Made by a program: the position numbers and the translations under genes. A stretch of 63,995 bases of DNA, counting the filler, from Deltaproteobacteria bacterium (lineage in GTDB: Bacteria > JAUYMQ01), in the NCBI GenBank assembly GCA_030698575.1. It is 9 parts of 9 records of this genome, joined end to end, with 100 filler letters (N's around TTAATTAATTAA, not from the genome) between each part and the next. Parts side by side here need not be neighbours in the genome. Positions count along the whole stretch, not along the records: positions 61,430 to 63,995 come from JAUYMQ010000223.1; 8 more parts are not named here. One strand, 5' to 3'. The notes below the pieces were generated by a model that saw nothing but the letters and a program-made list of their open reading frames with translations, searched no databases and had not been told where the DNA came from. Shown in pieces: positions 62,013 through 63,995 of this stretch (position 1 is the stretch's first letter; each line of letters opens with the position of its first letter).

Positions 62013-62433
62013 CGAACACGCCCTGTCCGAAGTCGTCGAACGCGCCATGTCCGAAGTCGTCAAGGGCGAGATAACGACAACCCAGCCTCGGTGCTGCCAG
62101 CTTCTTGACCAGGTGGATGACCTGTGCCATCTCCGGCTCCATTTGGCGGATTCCAAACGACTCAATGGAACAGTTCTCGCGCCACAATACCCGACGCAGT
62201 CGATCCAGCCCCTCCGGCACCGGGTGGCCGTCCCACGCAAGGACTAAAGCCGTGACGAGGGGACGGCTTCCGATCTGAAGGGGAGCGTTCGACCACGGCG
62301 ACGGTGGGTGCCCGAAGGGTCGCTCCCAAAGAGCCACCGTAGGCGGCTTTGCCCCACAAACACCCTCCTGGAGCAGCCCGTGAGGGTCGTCGGGAATGGG
62401 AATAAGCAGAACAACGTGGATATCACTCAGCAT
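62002..62433 (-). CDS. hypothetical protein, paralog of 63473-63856
   Basis: ATG 62433 with GGAGG; DPHGLL..G.CG.KPP, ALVLAW. Confidence 0.7.
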   Translation of the reverse strand: MLSDIHVVLLIPIPDDPHGLLQEGVCGAKPPTVALWERPFGHPPSPWSNAPLQIGSRPLVTALVLAWDGHPVPEGLDRLRRVLWRENCSIESFGIRQMEPEMAQVIHLVKKLAAPRLGCRYLALDDFGHGAFDDFGQGVFDAE

Positions 62434-62842
62434 CGAGCACCTCCACACCATCTAGAATGATGTGCCAACCAGCTTGGACGAGCGCCTTAGCCGCGAATAC
62501 GCGATGACAACGGCCTTGAAAAGCCACGTCTCGCGAACAGGCGCAGCAGAGGGTATCGCCATCGGTGACAAATGTCCCACCCGCGGCTGTGGTATAGAGC
62601 ACGCCCGGACGCAGCTTGTTTATGTTGAGACCTTGTTCGTATCGTCGCCGATACTCGAACATGTCAACGGCACCTTCGCGATGTGCGCGTAGGTCCACGA
62701 GCGCAGGAATGAGTGCCGGCACCTTCCCCTCACCTTGCTCCCACGATCTCGGCGCTGCCATGATCGTGAGCTTTCGCCCCGGACCGTGGTGTCCGAGAGT
62801 GCGATAGCTGGACCAGTTGCTGAGATAGAGGGTGGGATTCAT
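62423..62842 (-). CDS. DUF488-like protein
   Basis: LYLSN, L.P, Y.RRY, TLCC.......CHR...A..L. Confidence 0.55.
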   Translation of the reverse strand: MNPTLYLSNWSSYRTLGHHGPGRKLTIMAAPRSWEQGEGKVPALIPALVDLRAHREGAVDMFEYRRRYEQGLNINKLRPGVLYTTAAGGTFVTDGDTLCCACSRDVAFQGRCHRVFAAKALVQAGWHIILDGVEVLDAE

Positions 62843-63483
62843 GTTGTTTTCCCGGTTTCCGACTGAGAAGCGGCGAGTGCGATACCGGTCATGAGACGGT
62901 CGTCTTGAATAACCAGATCCAGTGCCCAGCCAGGTCCTTGGATCATCCCGAGCCACTGCTCATAGGTCGCGGTGTCGTCTCCGAAAGAGGATGCTCGACT
63001 GTTGGAGAGCCAGTGGGCGAGATCTTCAGGTGTAGAAAACACAGGTGAGATCGGCGATCCCTCACTTGTGGTCTCCCACATCTGCCAGCCATCGCCTGGC
63101 GGCGGGGGCGTAGGGACCCACGCGTCGTAAACGCTTTGGATTTTAGGATCTACACCGCTACCGCCACAGACAGGACAGGTCAACAACGCGCCGGCCAGCG
63201 CGAGGATCTTCTCCGTCGTCACATAGGTCGCCATCCCCTCAAAACCAAAGGGGAACGGTTCACGCTCGGCAAGCGCAGTCGCGATCTTCAGCGCAGCACC
63301 GCCCTTCTTCTCAGCATCGCGGAGAAGCGTCCGAACATGTGGCTCCAGAAACCGGTATTCCTCGGAGTACCCACCCCCGCAGTGAGCGGGACATTCTAGA
63401 TAGTGCGGGTTCACGAATCCCGACCAACGCTCGCGAATTGGATGCTCGAAGTCCAGCGCTACGCGGCGCACCTCACGTCCCAC
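62839..63483 (-). CDS. phage-type protein with split DnaJ-like Zn fingers
   Basis: MGREVRRV, CPAHCGGG, CPVCGGSG, PP.GDGWQMWETTSEGSPISPVF. Confidence 0.75.
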   Translation of the reverse strand: MGREVRRVALDFEHPIRERWSGFVNPHYLECPAHCGGGYSEEYRFLEPHVRTLLRDAEKKGGAALKIATALAEREPFPFGFEGMATYVTTEKILALAGALLTCPVCGGSGVDPKIQSVYDAWVPTPPPPGDGWQMWETTSEGSPISPVFSTPEDLAHWLSNSRASSFGDDTATYEQWLGMIQGPGWALDLVIQDDRLMTGIALAASQSETGKTT

Positions 63484-63856
63484 CGGTCACCTCTCTTCCG
63501 GACGAATCCAAGAGCACGACGCGTCCGAGTTCTCCGCAGGCTTTTCTAAGACCCTCCGCCATTTGTACGCCACCGAATAGGACTCTACGAACTACGGAGT
63601 AGACACCCCCGTCGCGATGGGGGGTGCGTAGGCGCTCAACACGCTCAACGCTTTCCAAGAGGGTTCCGCATTCCCACACGAGAACGAGGGCCGCTCCGGG
63701 AGGACAATCGCCCATCGGCCAGTCGCTGATCACGCGCCACGCGTCCCCGTCAGGCCAGACGATCGGCGGGCGAGAGCCACAAGGACCCCCGCGGAGCAAA
63801 CCACGGGGGTCCCCAGGAGGAGGAACGATGAGGATAGCGCAGATGCTAGGTGACAT
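63473..63856 (-). CDS. hypothetical protein, paralog of 62002-62433
   Basis: DPRGLL..G.CG.RPP, ALVLVW. Confidence 0.7.
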   Translation of the reverse strand: MSPSICAILIVPPPGDPRGLLRGGPCGSRPPIVWPDGDAWRVISDWPMGDCPPGAALVLVWECGTLLESVERVERLRTPHRDGGVYSVVRRVLFGGVQMAEGLRKACGELGRVVLLDSSGREVTGGT

Positions 63857-63993
63857 TAAACCTTTCCTTTTCCCAAAACTTCGTCTTCAGCACTCTTTCC
63901 CGCGACTGTGGATCGCGCACTCCGGCGGGTCTTCTCCTCGGCGAACAGTACGCGTAGACAATCAAGGTGACCCATCAGGAGGCCGTCCGACCA
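63856..63993 (-). CDS. C-terminus of a hypothetical protein entering from the window edge
   Basis: open frame ending GKGKV* with TAATG coupling to the next gene. Confidence 0.5.
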   Translation of the reverse strand, partial: WSDGLLMGHLDCLRVLFAEEKTRRSARSTVAGKSAEDEVLGKGKV

Positions 63994-63995
63994 TG

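Overview
This window is nine contig fragments joined by eight artificial 100-nt spacers (N-run + TTAATTAATTAA + N-run), so adjacency across spacers means nothing. The source is a high-GC bacterial draft or MAG, with a pil gene order like that of deltaproteobacteria/Myxococcota. Fragments: (1) 1-9127 core genes: efp, DedA/TVP38, acetolactate synthase, GT2, tRNA-Pro, a DnaA-box cluster, PAS kinase, DUF62, TPR. (2) 9228-23176 type IVa pilus locus: pilG-H-I, pilD, a kinase and sigma54 regulator, then a sigma54-promoted fimU-pilV-pilW-pilX operon with a ~1000-aa FnIII-rich PilW and no pilY1. (3) 23277-27909 HdrD/HdrA/MvhD/NuoE module resembling bamDEFG of class II benzoyl-CoA reductase. (4) 28010-36083 Rrf2-sufA-B-C-D-S-U, heptose epimerase, MscS. 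(5) 36184-48122 an attC site with a tiny cassette, accessory genes, plsB/plsC, tRNA-Ala, bcp, a paraoxonase-like gene, ZIP. (6) 48223-52625 an integron cassette array without a visible integrase, rich in toxin-antitoxin pairs. (7) 52726-57339 polysaccharide genes. (8) 57440-61329 GT2, SGNH hydrolase, acyl-CoA dehydrogenase. (9) 61430-63995 a phage-like run of small coupled ORFs. The strongest candidate for something undescribed is an IS4-family element whose two ends are each joined exactly at the G|TT crossover point of an integron cassette, at the point where the array switches orientation. Next are an 18-bp stop/start junction repeated three times in the phage-like contig, and the giant PilW in a pilY1-less operon. 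All family calls come from motif recognition only; no database search was run.
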